DNA from: Candidatus Velthaea sp.
Lineage (GTDB): Bacteria; Vulcanimicrobiota; Vulcanimicrobiia; Vulcanimicrobiales; Vulcanimicrobiaceae
DNA: 64,000 nt
Direction: 5' to 3'
Assembly: GCA_965214935.1 (NCBI GenBank)
Contig: CBDCCS010000021.1
Coordinates: 288,001-352,000, forward strand
A program made the position numbers and the translations under genes. The notes beneath the pieces were generated by a model. That model saw only the letters and a program-made list of their open reading frames with translations. It did not search any database and had not been told where the DNA came from. Of the stretch, positions 27,617 through 37,437 are shown piece by piece. Numbering within the stretch: the first letter of the stretch is position 1; the number at the start of each line of letters is the position of its first letter.

Positions 27617-29287
27617 ATGAGCGCGCATCGCTTAGCGGGGCAACGGCCCGAATCAGACATGCTCGTAGATGTTCCGCGCCTGATCACGGCATATTACGAA
27701 GGCAAACCGGACGTATCGATTCCGACGCAGCGGGTGGCATTCGGCACGTCCGGTCATCGCGGATCGTCGTTGAGCACCGCCTTCAACGAAAATCATATTC
27801 TAGCAACGACGCAGGCAATCTGCGAATACCGGCACGCTGTGGGGATCAGCGGACCGCTATTTTTAGCGAAAGATACGCACGCCTTATCCGAGCCGGCCTT
27901 CGCGTCCGCGCTCGAGGTGTTGGCTGCGAATGAAATCGACGTCATGATCGACGAGGCCGACGGGTACACCCCGACGCCGACGCTCTCGCGGGCGATCATC
28001 CATTATAACCGCGGGCGCACGTCCGGATTCGCCGACGGTATCGTAATCACGCCGTCGCACAACCCTCCGCCCGACGGCGGCTTTAAATATAATCCGCCCA
28101 ACGGCGGGCCTGCCGACACGACGATCACGCGTGGTATCGAAGAGCGTGCAAATGCGCTTCTGCGCGACGGACTCAAGGGCGTCCGGCGCGTTTCATACAG
28201 CGCGGCGCGCGGCGCTTCGACCACGCACCGCTTCGATTATATCAGCGCGTACGTCGCCGACTTAGCCACGGTACTCGATCTCGCTGCGATCCATAACGCC
28301 GGTCTCAGCCTCGGCGTCGATCCGCTCGGCGGTGCGGGCGTGTACTATTGGGAACGCATCGCCGAGCATTACGATCTCAAACTGACCGTCGTCAATCGTG
28401 AAGTCGATCCGACGTTTCGCTTTATGACGCTCGACCACGACGGTAAGATTCGCATGGATTGCTCGTCGCCGTATGCGATGGCATCGCTGATCGCGCTCAA
28501 GGATCGTTTCGATATCGCCTTCGGCTGCGATACGGATCACGACCGTCACGGCATCGTGACACCGACGGCCGGTTTGCTCAATCCGAATCATTATCTCGCC
28601 GTTGCAATCTCGTATCTGTTCAATAACCGGCCCGGCTGGCGGCCGGACGCGGCCGTCGGCAAAACGCTCGTTAGCAGTAGCATGATCGATCGGGTTGCCG
28701 CCGGCATCAAGCGGCGGCTGATCGAGGTTCCGGTCGGCTTCAAGTGGTTTGTCGACGGGCTCGTCGACGGCAGTCTGGGCTTTGGGGGTGAAGAAAGTGC
28801 CGGTGCTTCGTTCCTACAGCGCGACGGCGTTGTGTGGACGACCGATAAAGACGGCATCATTATGGGCTTACTGGCGGCCGAAATAACGGCAGTGAGCGGA
28901 CGCGATCCCGGCGAGCATTACCGCGAACTGACCGCGCGCTTCGGCGATCCGGTTTACGAGCGCATCGACGCACCGGCCAGCCCCGAACAAAAGGCAACGC
29001 TGGCCACCTTATCGGCCGAACAAGTAACCGCGCACGAACTCGCAGGCGAACCGATCACGGCGATTCTCACCAAGGCGCCGGGCAACGATCAGCCGATCGG
29101 CGGATTGAAAGTCACGAGCGCGAACGGCTGGTTTGCGGTTCGGCCGTCCGGCACCGAGAATGTCTACAAGCTGTATGCCGAGAGCTTCTTCGGCACCGAT
29201 CATCTGCATCAAATTCAAGCTGCCGCGCGACAAATTGTTACCGATGCCGCCGCAGGTCCGCGCGAAACGCTAGCCGCGCGAACGTAA
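27617..29287 (+). CDS. pgm: Phosphoglucomutase (alpha-D-glucose-phosphate-specific)
   Basis: [33 protein letters not shown] and RPSGTE motifs. Confidence 0.95.
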   Translation: MSAHRLAGQRPESDMLVDVPRLITAYYEGKPDVSIPTQRVAFGTSGHRGSSLSTAFNENHILATTQAICEYRHAVGISGPLFLAKDTHALSEPAFASALEVLAANEIDVMIDEADGYTPTPTLSRAIIHYNRGRTSGFADGIVITPSHNPPPDGGFKYNPPNGGPADTTITRGIEERANALLRDGLKGVRRVSYSAARGASTTHRFDYISAYVADLATVLDLAAIHNAGLSLGVDPLGGAGVYYWERIAEHYDLKLTVVNREVDPTFRFMTLDHDGKIRMDCSSPYAMASLIALKDRFDIAFGCDTDHDRHGIVTPTAGLLNPNHYLAVAISYLFNNRPGWRPDAAVGKTLVSSSMIDRVAAGIKRRLIEVPVGFKWFVDGLVDGSLGFGGEESAGASFLQRDGVVWTTDKDGIIMGLLAAEITAVSGRDPGEHYRELTARFGDPVYERIDAPASPEQKATLATLSAEQVTAHELAGEPITAILTKAPGNDQPIGGLKVTSANGWFAVRPSGTENVYKLYAESFFGTDHLHQIQAAARQIVTDAAAGPRETLAART

Positions 29288-29528
29288 GCACGCGGAAGAA
29301 GGGCGGTGACCCGTACATCACCCGGCTTTCGGTCTTATGACTGCGGACTCGCTTTATCTTCGTCGGCATCTGATATAACCACCAGCACATGGTACGCGCG
29401 TCGAACGGCATTGAAGGTCCCGCGATGCGGACGAATCTTATCTGCTTTGTTGCGTAGTCGTCCGTCATTCGACAAACGACACCCTAAGTACGGCGGCGCA
29501 ATGCGCGCGTTGATCGCTCGAACGATCT

Positions 29529-29969
29529 TTATATCGACGCGGCTTTCGGCATCGGTCGGGATTCGTCCCAATCAATGAGATCGGGAAAAGTTTTAATATC
29601 GCTCCGCTCGGGACAGATCTGCGCGTGAAGTTCAGCAAAAAGTTTTGCCGCGTACGAACCGGCTTCAGGCGGCGTCGTTAGCCATTGCTCGTTCCACGCC
29701 TCGATTTCGAGTGGCGACTTTCGATGGATAAACGTTGCGACGTAGTCGGAGATAGCTTGATCGCTCTCCGCATCTCGGATTACCGCGAGGAGCGCTTCTT
29801 CACTCATGCCGAGGAACTCGAAGACCGCCACATCCATCGGTGAATTAAAGTTGTAATCGGAGACGTTGCCGTGCACGAGCGCCTTGCCCTTATCGATCGC
29901 ACGTTGAAGCTGGACGATTCCGTGGATCTTCGCTCGAACTTGCGCGGGGTATCGCTGCGTTAAATCCAT
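29529..29969 (-). CDS. DUF5069-like protein
   Basis: MDLTQRYP...L.R.IDKGKA...G...DY pattern, EIEAWN and TFPDLIDWDE; AAGGA RBS. Confidence 0.7.
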   Translation of the reverse strand: MDLTQRYPAQVRAKIHGIVQLQRAIDKGKALVHGNVSDYNFNSPMDVAVFEFLGMSEEALLAVIRDAESDQAISDYVATFIHRKSPLEIEAWNEQWLTTPPEAGSYAAKLFAELHAQICPERSDIKTFPDLIDWDESRPMPKAASI

Positions 29970-30475
29970 TTTCGGTCCTTATCTATGCCCTGAGTGAGTG
30001 ACGCTGCCCCGAAGCCGGCGCTCCGTGCCATCGAATGTGCGTTACAGCGAATGAGCCGCCAAGACACGCTTTGACGAGGCAGCCAAAACGCGCAAAAACG
30101 GCGTGCAATTTTAAAATCGAACAAAGCAGCTTTCACTAAATGAAAGCAAATTTCATATTGGATTTCTCATTTAGCCGCGTTGCCCCTTGCGTTGTCGGCG
30201 AACTCCCTAAGTTGCCGAGCGGGTCAAAGCAGTTCATTCATGCCGTTGTTGTACTAGCTTCGTCGATCGTTTGGCCCGGCGTCGCAGCGCGAATTGACGA
30301 TTTTGAGCGTTCGACGCCCTGCGGGGAAAAAAGCAACGTCGCGATTCTTCATCTCAGGTCAGAATTTTGAACTTGTCACCGTAATTGCGACACAAAGTAC
30401 CGGCAGATGGTAAGCCGGCTGCGACGGTTCGTCGCTGGTATACGTCCGGATCGGCGGGTGCAAGCAATTGGTTCA

Positions 30476-30512
30476 ACAACAAGCCGGACCTTAATAGGAT
30501 CCGGCTTGTTGT
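30476..30512 (-). terminator. Intrinsic terminator hairpin downstream of gene 30530-31150
   Basis: Perfect 13-bp inverted repeat ACAACAAGCCGGA / TCCGGCTTGTTGT with a U-rich 3' arm. Confidence 0.75.
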
Positions 30513-30529
30513 ATCGGCGCGTAGGTAGC

Positions 30530-31150
30530 CTAGCGGAAGTGACGATCGAAATGCTCGCCGCCGCGGCTGTAGTACGAACGGCGTGCAGCGCCATAGTAGC
30601 CGCCGTGCTCGCGGGGCGCGACGAAATCTCGCCCGCGAAAAGCCCCGCCGCGATATACGGTTGAGAAGCGCACGTTTTCATAGACGCGCGCCCCGCCGAC
30701 AAAGTGATAGCCGCCGCCGAAGTACCCGCCGTGCCACCACCCGGGATTGCCGAAGAAGAAGTCGAGGCTCACCGCCGGGCCGTAATAACGCCACGGATGT
30801 CCGGCGTAATACGGAACGGCGCCGTAAAATCGGTACGGAGTGTCGATTTGATTCGCCGCAAAGAAACCACCGGCATTGTAACCCAGAACGCTGACGATCA
30901 TCCCGCCCTCGAGACGCAATCCCGTCGGGTTGATGATCGTACCTTGATGCAGACGAACGGTATCGACGTACCCGCGCTCGTCGCGCACCGTTAAGTTGTA
31001 GCCGCCGTCATAACCGACGATACGGCCATGAATATTCTGATCCGTCGAGATCGGCGCCGGGCGCGCGTAGGACGGCAAATCCTGCGCCTGCGCAACCGCC
31101 GGCAATCCGAGGCTGAGCGTCGCAACGAGTGCGAAAAGATATTTAAACAT
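30530..31150 (-). CDS. Secreted hypothetical protein (OB-like core plus aromatic/Gly-rich tail)
   Basis: AAGGAG RBS, signal peptide ending AQA, V.LHQGTIINPTGL.L motif, low-complexity G/Y/R tail. Confidence 0.75.
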   Translation of the reverse strand: MFKYLFALVATLSLGLPAVAQAQDLPSYARPAPISTDQNIHGRIVGYDGGYNLTVRDERGYVDTVRLHQGTIINPTGLRLEGGMIVSVLGYNAGGFFAANQIDTPYRFYGAVPYYAGHPWRYYGPAVSLDFFFGNPGWWHGGYFGGGYHFVGGARVYENVRFSTVYRGGAFRGRDFVAPREHGGYYGAARRSYYSRGGEHFDRHFR

Positions 31151-31286
31151 AGCTCCTTCATAACGTCGCGGCGCGCCGGCTCGTGATGAAAATTCGCTTA
31201 AAGCCCTGCCGGCTACCGGACGCCCATAGCGGCGTGTATCAGGCTCTTCTCAGGCGAACGGCCAAAGCGTCGTGTACGATAACGTC

Positions 31287-31865
31287 ATGAAACGCTCGTT
31301 GCTCTTAAGCCTCGTGATTTTGGCAGCGTCTCCGCTGCCGGCAATCGCCCAGCAAACCCCGCTTGACGGCGCACCCGGTTTCGCAACGCCGAGCCCGCAA
31401 ATGTTCGCCGCGATGCAACAGTCGCGTGCGCAACTGCAGCAACTTCGAGTACAAGCGCGTTCACGAATGCTCGCTTCGCTCACTCCGGCGCATCGCGCGC
31501 TCGTTGCGAACATCGTCGGACAACTGACGTTGTCGGTCGATCCGAATCCGCGCGCCGCAGCTGCTCAGCTCGACACGGTGTTCGCGCCGGCCGAGAAGCA
31601 AGCGATCGTGAACATCGATGCGGCCGTTCGCACGAATGCGCGCGCTATTTTCGAGCGGCAGCACGCCGCGATGGAAGCAACTCTAACGCCGGACCAGCGC
31701 GCTCACATGGCACAGCGCCATGCGAAGATGGAGGCGTTGGGCGCTCAAGCGTTGCAGCATCGGCCGGCGCCCGACCCCGGCGCGATCGTGTTGCGCACCC
31801 TCGGTAATTTCAACGGCGACGAAATGCATTTTCATCGCGGCGGTCCGCCGATGGCCGGCGGTTAA
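31287..31865 (+). CDS. Secreted helical hypothetical protein (Spy/CpxP-like LTxxQ motifs)
   Basis: Signal peptide MKRSLLLSLVILAASPLPAIA; LTPAH and LTPDQ repeats; TACGAT -10-like hexamer 6 nt before the ATG. Confidence 0.65.
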   Translation: MKRSLLLSLVILAASPLPAIAQQTPLDGAPGFATPSPQMFAAMQQSRAQLQQLRVQARSRMLASLTPAHRALVANIVGQLTLSVDPNPRAAAAQLDTVFAPAEKQAIVNIDAAVRTNARAIFERQHAAMEATLTPDQRAHMAQRHAKMEALGAQALQHRPAPDPGAIVLRTLGNFNGDEMHFHRGGPPMAGG

Positions 31866-32010
31866 TTCGCCCGCGTTCTAATCGGGAGCCTACGCGCGCA
31901 CGGCACGGCACTCGGTTGCATACGATTCGCGGTTAAGCCGCCACGCTCAACGGCTAAGCTGACGCTATCCCCGTGCCGTGCCCGGTGCGCCCGGGTATGA
32001 GGCTGTCATC

Positions 32011-32901
32011 ATGACAGTCGATCAATATACCATGCGCAATCCGCTCGATCAATTCGAGCGCCCGCAGTTTCCCGATCAGACGCAGCCCTATCCCGGGAAG
32101 AGCGATCGGATGCGTCCGCAGCCCGATTATGGTGAGGCATCGTATCGCGGCAGTAACCGGCTTAGCGCACGCCACGCGGTAATTACCGGCGGCGATTCGG
32201 GCATCGGGCGAGCCGTCGCACTGGCGTTCGCGCGCGAAGGCGCCGACGTGCTCATCAATTACCTCGATGAAGACGAAGACGCGAAAGAAACATGCCGGCT
32301 CGTCGAGTCGGCCGGGCGCAAAGCCGTCGCCGTGAAGGGCGACTTGTGCGACGAGAAATTCTGCAAACAGCTGATCGGGCGTGCCGTTGCCGAGTTCGGA
32401 CAACTCGACATCCTCGTCAATAACGCTGCGTATCAGAATGTTATCGAGGACATCTCGCAACTAACGTCCGAGCAATTCGACCGCACGCTCAAAACCAACA
32501 TCTATGCGATGTTTTGGCTTTGCAAAGCGGCGCTCGAAGTGATGCCGCCGGGTAGCACGATCATCAACACAACGTCGGTCGAAGCATCGAAGCCTGAGCC
32601 TTCGCTGCTGGCGTACGCGACGACCAAGGGCGCGATCGTAACGTTCACCCAAGGACTTGCACAAAGTTCGATCGAGCACGGTATTCGCGTGAATTGCGTC
32701 GCTCCGGGTCCGGTCTGGACGCCGCTCATTCCGGCGACGATGCCCGTTGAAGAGGTTACGTCGTTCGGGACGCAATCGCCGATCGGCCGTCCGGCGCAAC
32801 CGGTCGAACTTGCTCCGGCATTCGTGTTTCTCGCCTCGGGTGAATCGAGTTACATCAACGGCGCCCGCATCGCCGTTACCGGCGGGGTGCCGGTTCCGTA
32901 G
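32011..32901 (+). CDS. SDR oxidoreductase, general-stress YhdF/YdaD type
   Basis: PDYGEASYRGS, TGGDSGIG, YATTK and PGPVWTPL motifs. Confidence 0.9.
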   Translation: MTVDQYTMRNPLDQFERPQFPDQTQPYPGKSDRMRPQPDYGEASYRGSNRLSARHAVITGGDSGIGRAVALAFAREGADVLINYLDEDEDAKETCRLVESAGRKAVAVKGDLCDEKFCKQLIGRAVAEFGQLDILVNNAAYQNVIEDISQLTSEQFDRTLKTNIYAMFWLCKAALEVMPPGSTIINTTSVEASKPEPSLLAYATTKGAIVTFTQGLAQSSIEHGIRVNCVAPGPVWTPLIPATMPVEEVTSFGTQSPIGRPAQPVELAPAFVFLASGESSYINGARIAVTGGVPVP

Positions 32902-33043
32902 ACGGTCGTTCACGCGCGATCCTTGGCCGCTCCGGCTGCGAAGCTGCGCGCCGCTTGTGCGCGTTTCTTCGCAACGACCGTTTCATCAAGCGGGATTCGT
33001 GGTTGCGCGAATCTCGCTCGGCTCGCGCCGACGTCACTGTCGG

Positions 33044-33202
33044 TAAATCGAAACTCTCGCCTTGCGCAGCAAGAATCGTGTCGCGACCAGCTGCAGTCCG
33101 ATACGGCAAGGTCCATTCGCCATACGAGAAATCGCCGTCATCGGCGGAGTGCTGGATCACGCCGTCGAGCGAGATGTGTTCGAAGATCCTGATCGATCTC
33201 AT
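33044..33202 (-). pseudogene. Truncated RibD-C/dihydrofolate-reductase-family gene (N-terminal about 53 codons only)
   Basis: GAGGAG RBS, then MRSIRIFEHISLDGVIQ...WTLPYRTAAGRD...GESFDL; similarity stops where LLGRxTY is expected. Confidence 0.65.
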
Positions 33203-33364
33203 GGAAACTCCTCTACGTTCGTCCCTCGTCCACACGCCGGCCGCGACGAACGGTCTCTTTGCTCCAAAACACATCGATCGCAGGATCGATCGGCTTCCGG
33301 CCGCCGGCGTTGGAGCGCACCTCCGACGCCTGGGTAAAGTTAGCAAGGCCGTGATACGAAGCTA

Positions 33365-33393
33365 TTGTCGTCGAACGTACGTTCGATTATACT
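33365..33393 (+). promoter_or_regulatory. Sigma70-type promoter TTGTCG-N17-TATACT with a LexA/SOS box TCGAACGTACGTTCGA (33371-33386) in the spacer
   Basis: Perfect 16-bp palindrome matching the Gram-positive/actinobacterial CGAAC-N4-GTTCG box; -10 lies 7 nt before the dnaE2 ATG. Confidence 0.88.
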
Positions 33394-33400
33394 GACTTCG

Positions 33401-36400
33401 ATGTCCCCTCGAGCCGGCTACGCCGAACTTCATTGCTGGTCGAATTTCTCGTTCTTAGAAGGCTCTTCACACCCTGAAGAGCTCGTCGAGCGAGCCGTTC
33501 AACTTGAGTTGACCTCGCTGGCGTTGACCGATCGCGACGGGTTTTACGGACAAGTCCGCTTTGCCAAAGCCGGCCGCGGCACTCAACTCGGGACGATCTT
33601 GGGCGCCGAGCTCACGTTAGAAACCGGAACGCCGGACCGCGTTCGCGGCCGGGAAAAGGGCGCGCGAGCATCCCACGACGTGCCGACTCACTCCCCGCGC
33701 CTCGTGTTGCTGGCCGAAAACCGCGCCGGCTATGCGAATCTCGCCCAGCTCATTTCGATCGCCCAGCTCCGCGGCCGTAAGCGCGACGCGCGCTTGCGCC
33801 TAGACGATCTCGAGGGCAAAACCGCCGGACTCATCGCGCTTTCGGGCTGGCGCAACGGGCTGCCCGAGCGCGCGCTATCGGCCGGCGACGAGCCGGCCGC
33901 CGTTGCCGTCGGCGCGCGGCTGCGCGATCTCTTTCCCGGCGCGTTTTTTCTCGAGTTGCAGCACCATGCGCGGCCCGAAGACGGTGCGCTGGCACTGGCC
34001 TCGATTCGGCTGGCGGCGACCTTGGGCGTGCCGTACGTTGCCACCAACGGCGTGGCGTATGCCGAGCGGACCGATGCGCAGTTGGCCGATGTCCTGCAAT
34101 GCGTGCGGTACAAAACCGTCTTGCATAAAGCCGGTTTGCTGCTGCGGCCCAATCACGAGCACGATCTCAAGCCGGCCGAGCAGATGGCAAAACTGTTTGC
34201 ACCGTATCCGCTGGCAATTGCCAACACACTTGCGATTGCCGAACGCTGCACGTTCCGGCTCGATACGCTCAAGGGTCAGTTTCCGCACTTTCCAATTCCC
34301 GCCGATGAAACCAGCCATCAAAGTTATTTGCGGACGCTGGTCTATCGGGGTGCCGCGAAACGCTATCCGATGCCGCTCGCGCCCGCCGTCGAACGGCAGC
34401 TCGAATACGAACTCGGCATCATCGCGCGGCTCGATCTTGCCGGTTACTTCTTGGTCGTTTGGGATATCGTACGCGCGGCCGAAGAGATCGGCGTGCTGTG
34501 TCAAGGGCGCGGCTCGGCGGCGAATTCCGCCGTCTGCTACGCGCTCCACATTACCGCCGTCGATCCGGTCGGTCACGGCTTACTTTTCGAGCGCTTTCTA
34601 TCCGAAGAACGCAAAGAAGTACCCGACATCGATATTGATTTCGCGCATCAAGACCGCGAAAAAGTCATTCAATACGTCTACGACCGGTACGGCCGCGAGC
34701 ATGCCGCGATGGCGGCCGAGGTGATCACCTACCGGACCCGCTCCGCAATTCGCGATGTCGGTAAAGCGCTCGGACTTTCGCTCGTGCAAGTCGAGCAAAT
34801 CGTGCAAGAATACGATGCACGCGAGTCGCTCGCGGGCGCACTCGGCACGACGCCGCAAGACTATGCCGCGCTGCCGCAATCGGTCGTCAAGCGCCGCGAT
34901 CTCGACGCCGGATCGAACGTCTACCACTCGCGCAGCGACGTGACACCGGGGTTCGCCGACATCGACGAACGCAGCGCCGATGCGTGCGCGCAGCAGCCTG
35001 CGTCCGCCGCGCGCAGCAATCGCAGCGACCCGCGTAATGCAATCGCCTCAAAAGTTAAAGCGCACCCCTCGCATCTGTACGGCTTCGTGGCCAAGGATTT
35101 CGGAGCCGACCCGGATCCGGACGTCGGCAGTCCGGTCGGCGGCGCGCTCGGCGCGACGATTTTAGCACTGTGCCGGCGGATCGACGGCTTTCCGCGCCAC
35201 ATGGGCATTCATTCGGGCGGCATGGTGATCACGCGCGAACCGCTCGTGTGCGTCGCACCGGTCGAATGGGCAAGTATGCGCGATCGCACGATCGTGCAAT
35301 GGGATAAAGACGATTTAGGCGATCTCGGTTTAATTAAGATCGATCTGCTGGGTTTGGGAATGCTGTCGCTGCTGCGCGATGCATTTACCTTATTTTCGCG
35401 CCGCTATCCCGAACGGCCGCAACTCAATTTAGCGATGATCCCCGCTGATGACCGGCCGACGTACGAGATGCTGCAACGCGCCGACTCGATCGGCGTCTTT
35501 CAGATTGAATCGCGCGCGCAACAGTCGATGCTGCCGCGCCTGCGGCCGAATTGTTTTTACGATTTGGTGATGCAGGTTGCGATCATCCGGCCCGGTCCGA
35601 TTCAAGGCGACATGATCCATCCGTTTTTGCGGCGGCGCAACGGACTCGAACCCGTCACGTACCCGCATCCCAAACTCAAACCCGTGCTGGAACGCACGAT
35701 GGGCGTTCCGCTCTTTCAAGAACAAGGCATGCGCATGGCGATCGAAGCCGCCGGTTTTACGCCGGGCGAAGCGGACACGTTGCGGCGCGCGATGGGACAT
35801 AAACGTTCGCACGAGCGGATGGCGCAAATCTACCCGAAACTCATCGACGGAATGGTCGCCAACGGCATCGACCGGGCCGCCGCCGACGGTCTGTTTCATA
35901 TGCTCGAAGGCTTTGCCGATTACGGCTTTCCCGAATCACACGCCGCCAGTTTTGCTCTGCTCGCTTACGCTTCGGCATACGTCAAATGTCACGAGCCCGC
36001 GGTGTTTTGCGCTGCGATTCTCAACGTGCAGCCGATGGGCTTTTATGCCACCGAAGTGCTGGTGAACGATGCGCGCCGCCACGGTGTACTCGTCAAACCG
36101 GTCGCCGTCAACGAGAGCGAGTGGTGGAGTTTCGTCGATACCGAAGGCGCGTTACGCTTGGGCTTTCACCTCGTACGCAGCTTAGGTGAAGCGCAGCGTG
36201 AGAAATTACAGGCCACCGTCGGCCACGGCGACTTCGAGGATATGCTCGACTTTGCGCGGCGCACCGGGATCACGCGCGACGGACTCGAGAATTTAGCCGC
36301 TGCCGATGCGTTTCGGCCGTGGTTCGATTCGCGCCGTGAAGCACTGTGGGCACTGCGCGGTTTAGACGAACGCGAGACGCGCGGTGAACTTGCGCGCGGA

Positions 36401-36856
36401 ATGGATGTTGAAGAACCGGCCGCTACGCTGGCGCCGCTGCAACCGATCGAGGCAACGACGCTGGACATCGACGCGACCGGCGTTTCCGACATTCAGCCGA
36501 TCGCACATTTCCGGGCGCAACTCGACACCGCCGGCGTGCTGGCCGCAAACCGGCTCACGGCGATGCCCAACCATCTTGTCTGTAAAGTCGGCGGAATGGT
36601 GATTACCCGGCAGCGTCCGGGCACGGCGAAAGGCTTCGTTTTTCTAACGCTCGAGGATGAGACGGGCCTGGTCAACATCATCGTGCGGCCGGATATCTAC
36701 GAGCGATACCGGCGCGTTATCCGGCAATCCCGGGCACTCGTGATCGAAGGGACCATTCAAAAAGATTACGGCGTCGTCGACATCATTATGAAGCGCTGCT
36801 GGCCGCTCGAAACCCAAGGCACCACCGACAACGTGCGCGCGCGTAACTTTCGCTAA
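33401..36856 (+). CDS. dnaE2: Error-prone DNA polymerase DnaE2
   Basis: YAELHCWSNFSFLEGSS PHP start, GRGSAANS, PDIDIDF, RQRPGTAKG, LEDETG and C-terminal RNFR (SRDFH-like) motifs; SOS box upstream. Confidence 0.95.
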   Translation: MSPRAGYAELHCWSNFSFLEGSSHPEELVERAVQLELTSLALTDRDGFYGQVRFAKAGRGTQLGTILGAELTLETGTPDRVRGREKGARASHDVPTHSPRLVLLAENRAGYANLAQLISIAQLRGRKRDARLRLDDLEGKTAGLIALSGWRNGLPERALSAGDEPAAVAVGARLRDLFPGAFFLELQHHARPEDGALALASIRLAATLGVPYVATNGVAYAERTDAQLADVLQCVRYKTVLHKAGLLLRPNHEHDLKPAEQMAKLFAPYPLAIANTLAIAERCTFRLDTLKGQFPHFPIPADETSHQSYLRTLVYRGAAKRYPMPLAPAVERQLEYELGIIARLDLAGYFLVVWDIVRAAEEIGVLCQGRGSAANSAVCYALHITAVDPVGHGLLFERFLSEERKEVPDIDIDFAHQDREKVIQYVYDRYGREHAAMAAEVITYRTRSAIRDVGKALGLSLVQVEQIVQEYDARESLAGALGTTPQDYAALPQSVVKRRDLDAGSNVYHSRSDVTPGFADIDERSADACAQQPASAARSNRSDPRNAIASKVKAHPSHLYGFVAKDFGADPDPDVGSPVGGALGATILALCRRIDGFPRHMGIHSGGMVITREPLVCVAPVEWASMRDRTIVQWDKDDLGDLGLIKIDLLGLGMLSLLRDAFTLFSRRYPERPQLNLAMIPADDRPTYEMLQRADSIGVFQIESRAQQSMLPRLRPNCFYDLVMQVAIIRPGPIQGDMIHPFLRRRNGLEPVTYPHPKLKPVLERTMGVPLFQEQGMRMAIEAAGFTPGEADTLRRAMGHKRSHERMAQIYPKLIDGMVANGIDRAAADGLFHMLEGFADYGFPESHAASFALLAYASAYVKCHEPAVFCAAILNVQPMGFYATEVLVNDARRHGVLVKPVAVNESEWWSFVDTEGALRLGFHLVRSLGEAQREKLQATVGHGDFEDMLDFARRTGITRDGLENLAAADAFRPWFDSRREALWALRGLDERETRGELARGMDVEEPAATLAPLQPIEATTLDIDATGVSDIQPIAHFRAQLDTAGVLAANRLTAMPNHLVCKVGGMVITRQRPGTAKGFVFLTLEDETGLVNIIVRPDIYERYRRVIRQSRALVIEGTIQKDYGVVDIIMKRCWPLETQGTTDNVRARNFR

Positions 36857-37013
36857 GCCGGCGAGCGACGGTGGCCAGACGGCACGAACGGCGCGAATCC
36901 GTACAGTTTGAAATGTCCGGGTATGTTGTCCGCCTGTCCGTTCTGTGGATGCACGAGCCGGCCGTATCATCACTCAAACACCGATTTGAGCTCATGAAGG
37001 ACGGCCTACCACA

Positions 37014-37283
37014 ATGATTGCCGACTACGAACTGCCCGCTGTCGCCGTCCGCCGTAACGCCGAGCGCCCGCGCGCTTCCGGCTCAAAGACATCCGCCGTT
37101 ACCTCGCTGACGCCGCGCGAACGCGAGATCGCACTCTTACTTGCCGCTGAACGCGCCTCGAATCGAGCGATCTCCGCCCGCCTTTCGATCAGCATCCGAA
37201 CCGTTGAAACGCACATCGAACGCATTTTTTCCAAGCTCGAAATCCATACGCGAGCGGACGTCGCGACTGCTTACATAAGCTGA
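37014..37283 (+). CDS. Small LuxR-type HTH protein (stand-alone or remnant)
   Basis: LTPREREIALL...SNRAISARLSISIRTVETHIERIFSKL; AAGGA RBS. Confidence 0.75.
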   Translation: MIADYELPAVAVRRNAERPRASGSKTSAVTSLTPREREIALLLAAERASNRAISARLSISIRTVETHIERIFSKLEIHTRADVATAYIS

Positions 37284-37437
37284 ACGATGCTCCGGCTCGG
37301 CGTCGCAACGGCGCGCAACGAAAAATCTCGCGCCGTCGAGAGTGCCAAGGGTATGGCAGAGTGCGGGCGGATAATGAACTCTACTGACGGCGTATTTCAC
37401 GCTGCAGCGACCGTTCACGCAAGGAGCTTGTCCGTTC

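Noticed and set aside
27433..27628. Apparent head-to-head overlap of lipid kinase and pgm in the ORF track
   Set aside because: Disappears once starts are reassigned to ATG 27433 and ATG 27617, leaving a normal gap of about 180 bp.
29238..29571. Small overlapping ORFs between pgm and the DUF5069 gene
   Set aside because: Mutually overlapping, with no recognisable family or translation signals.
31993..31998. SigB/SigF-type -10 element GGGTAT before the stress SDR (also GGGTA at 60552)
   Set aside because: No matching GTTT -35 element at the proper spacing; too short to support alone.
34835..35158. Intein in DnaE2
   Set aside because: No N-terminal Cys/Ser block, no His-Asn followed by Cys/Ser/Thr, and no endonuclease motifs; kept only as an unexplained insertion.
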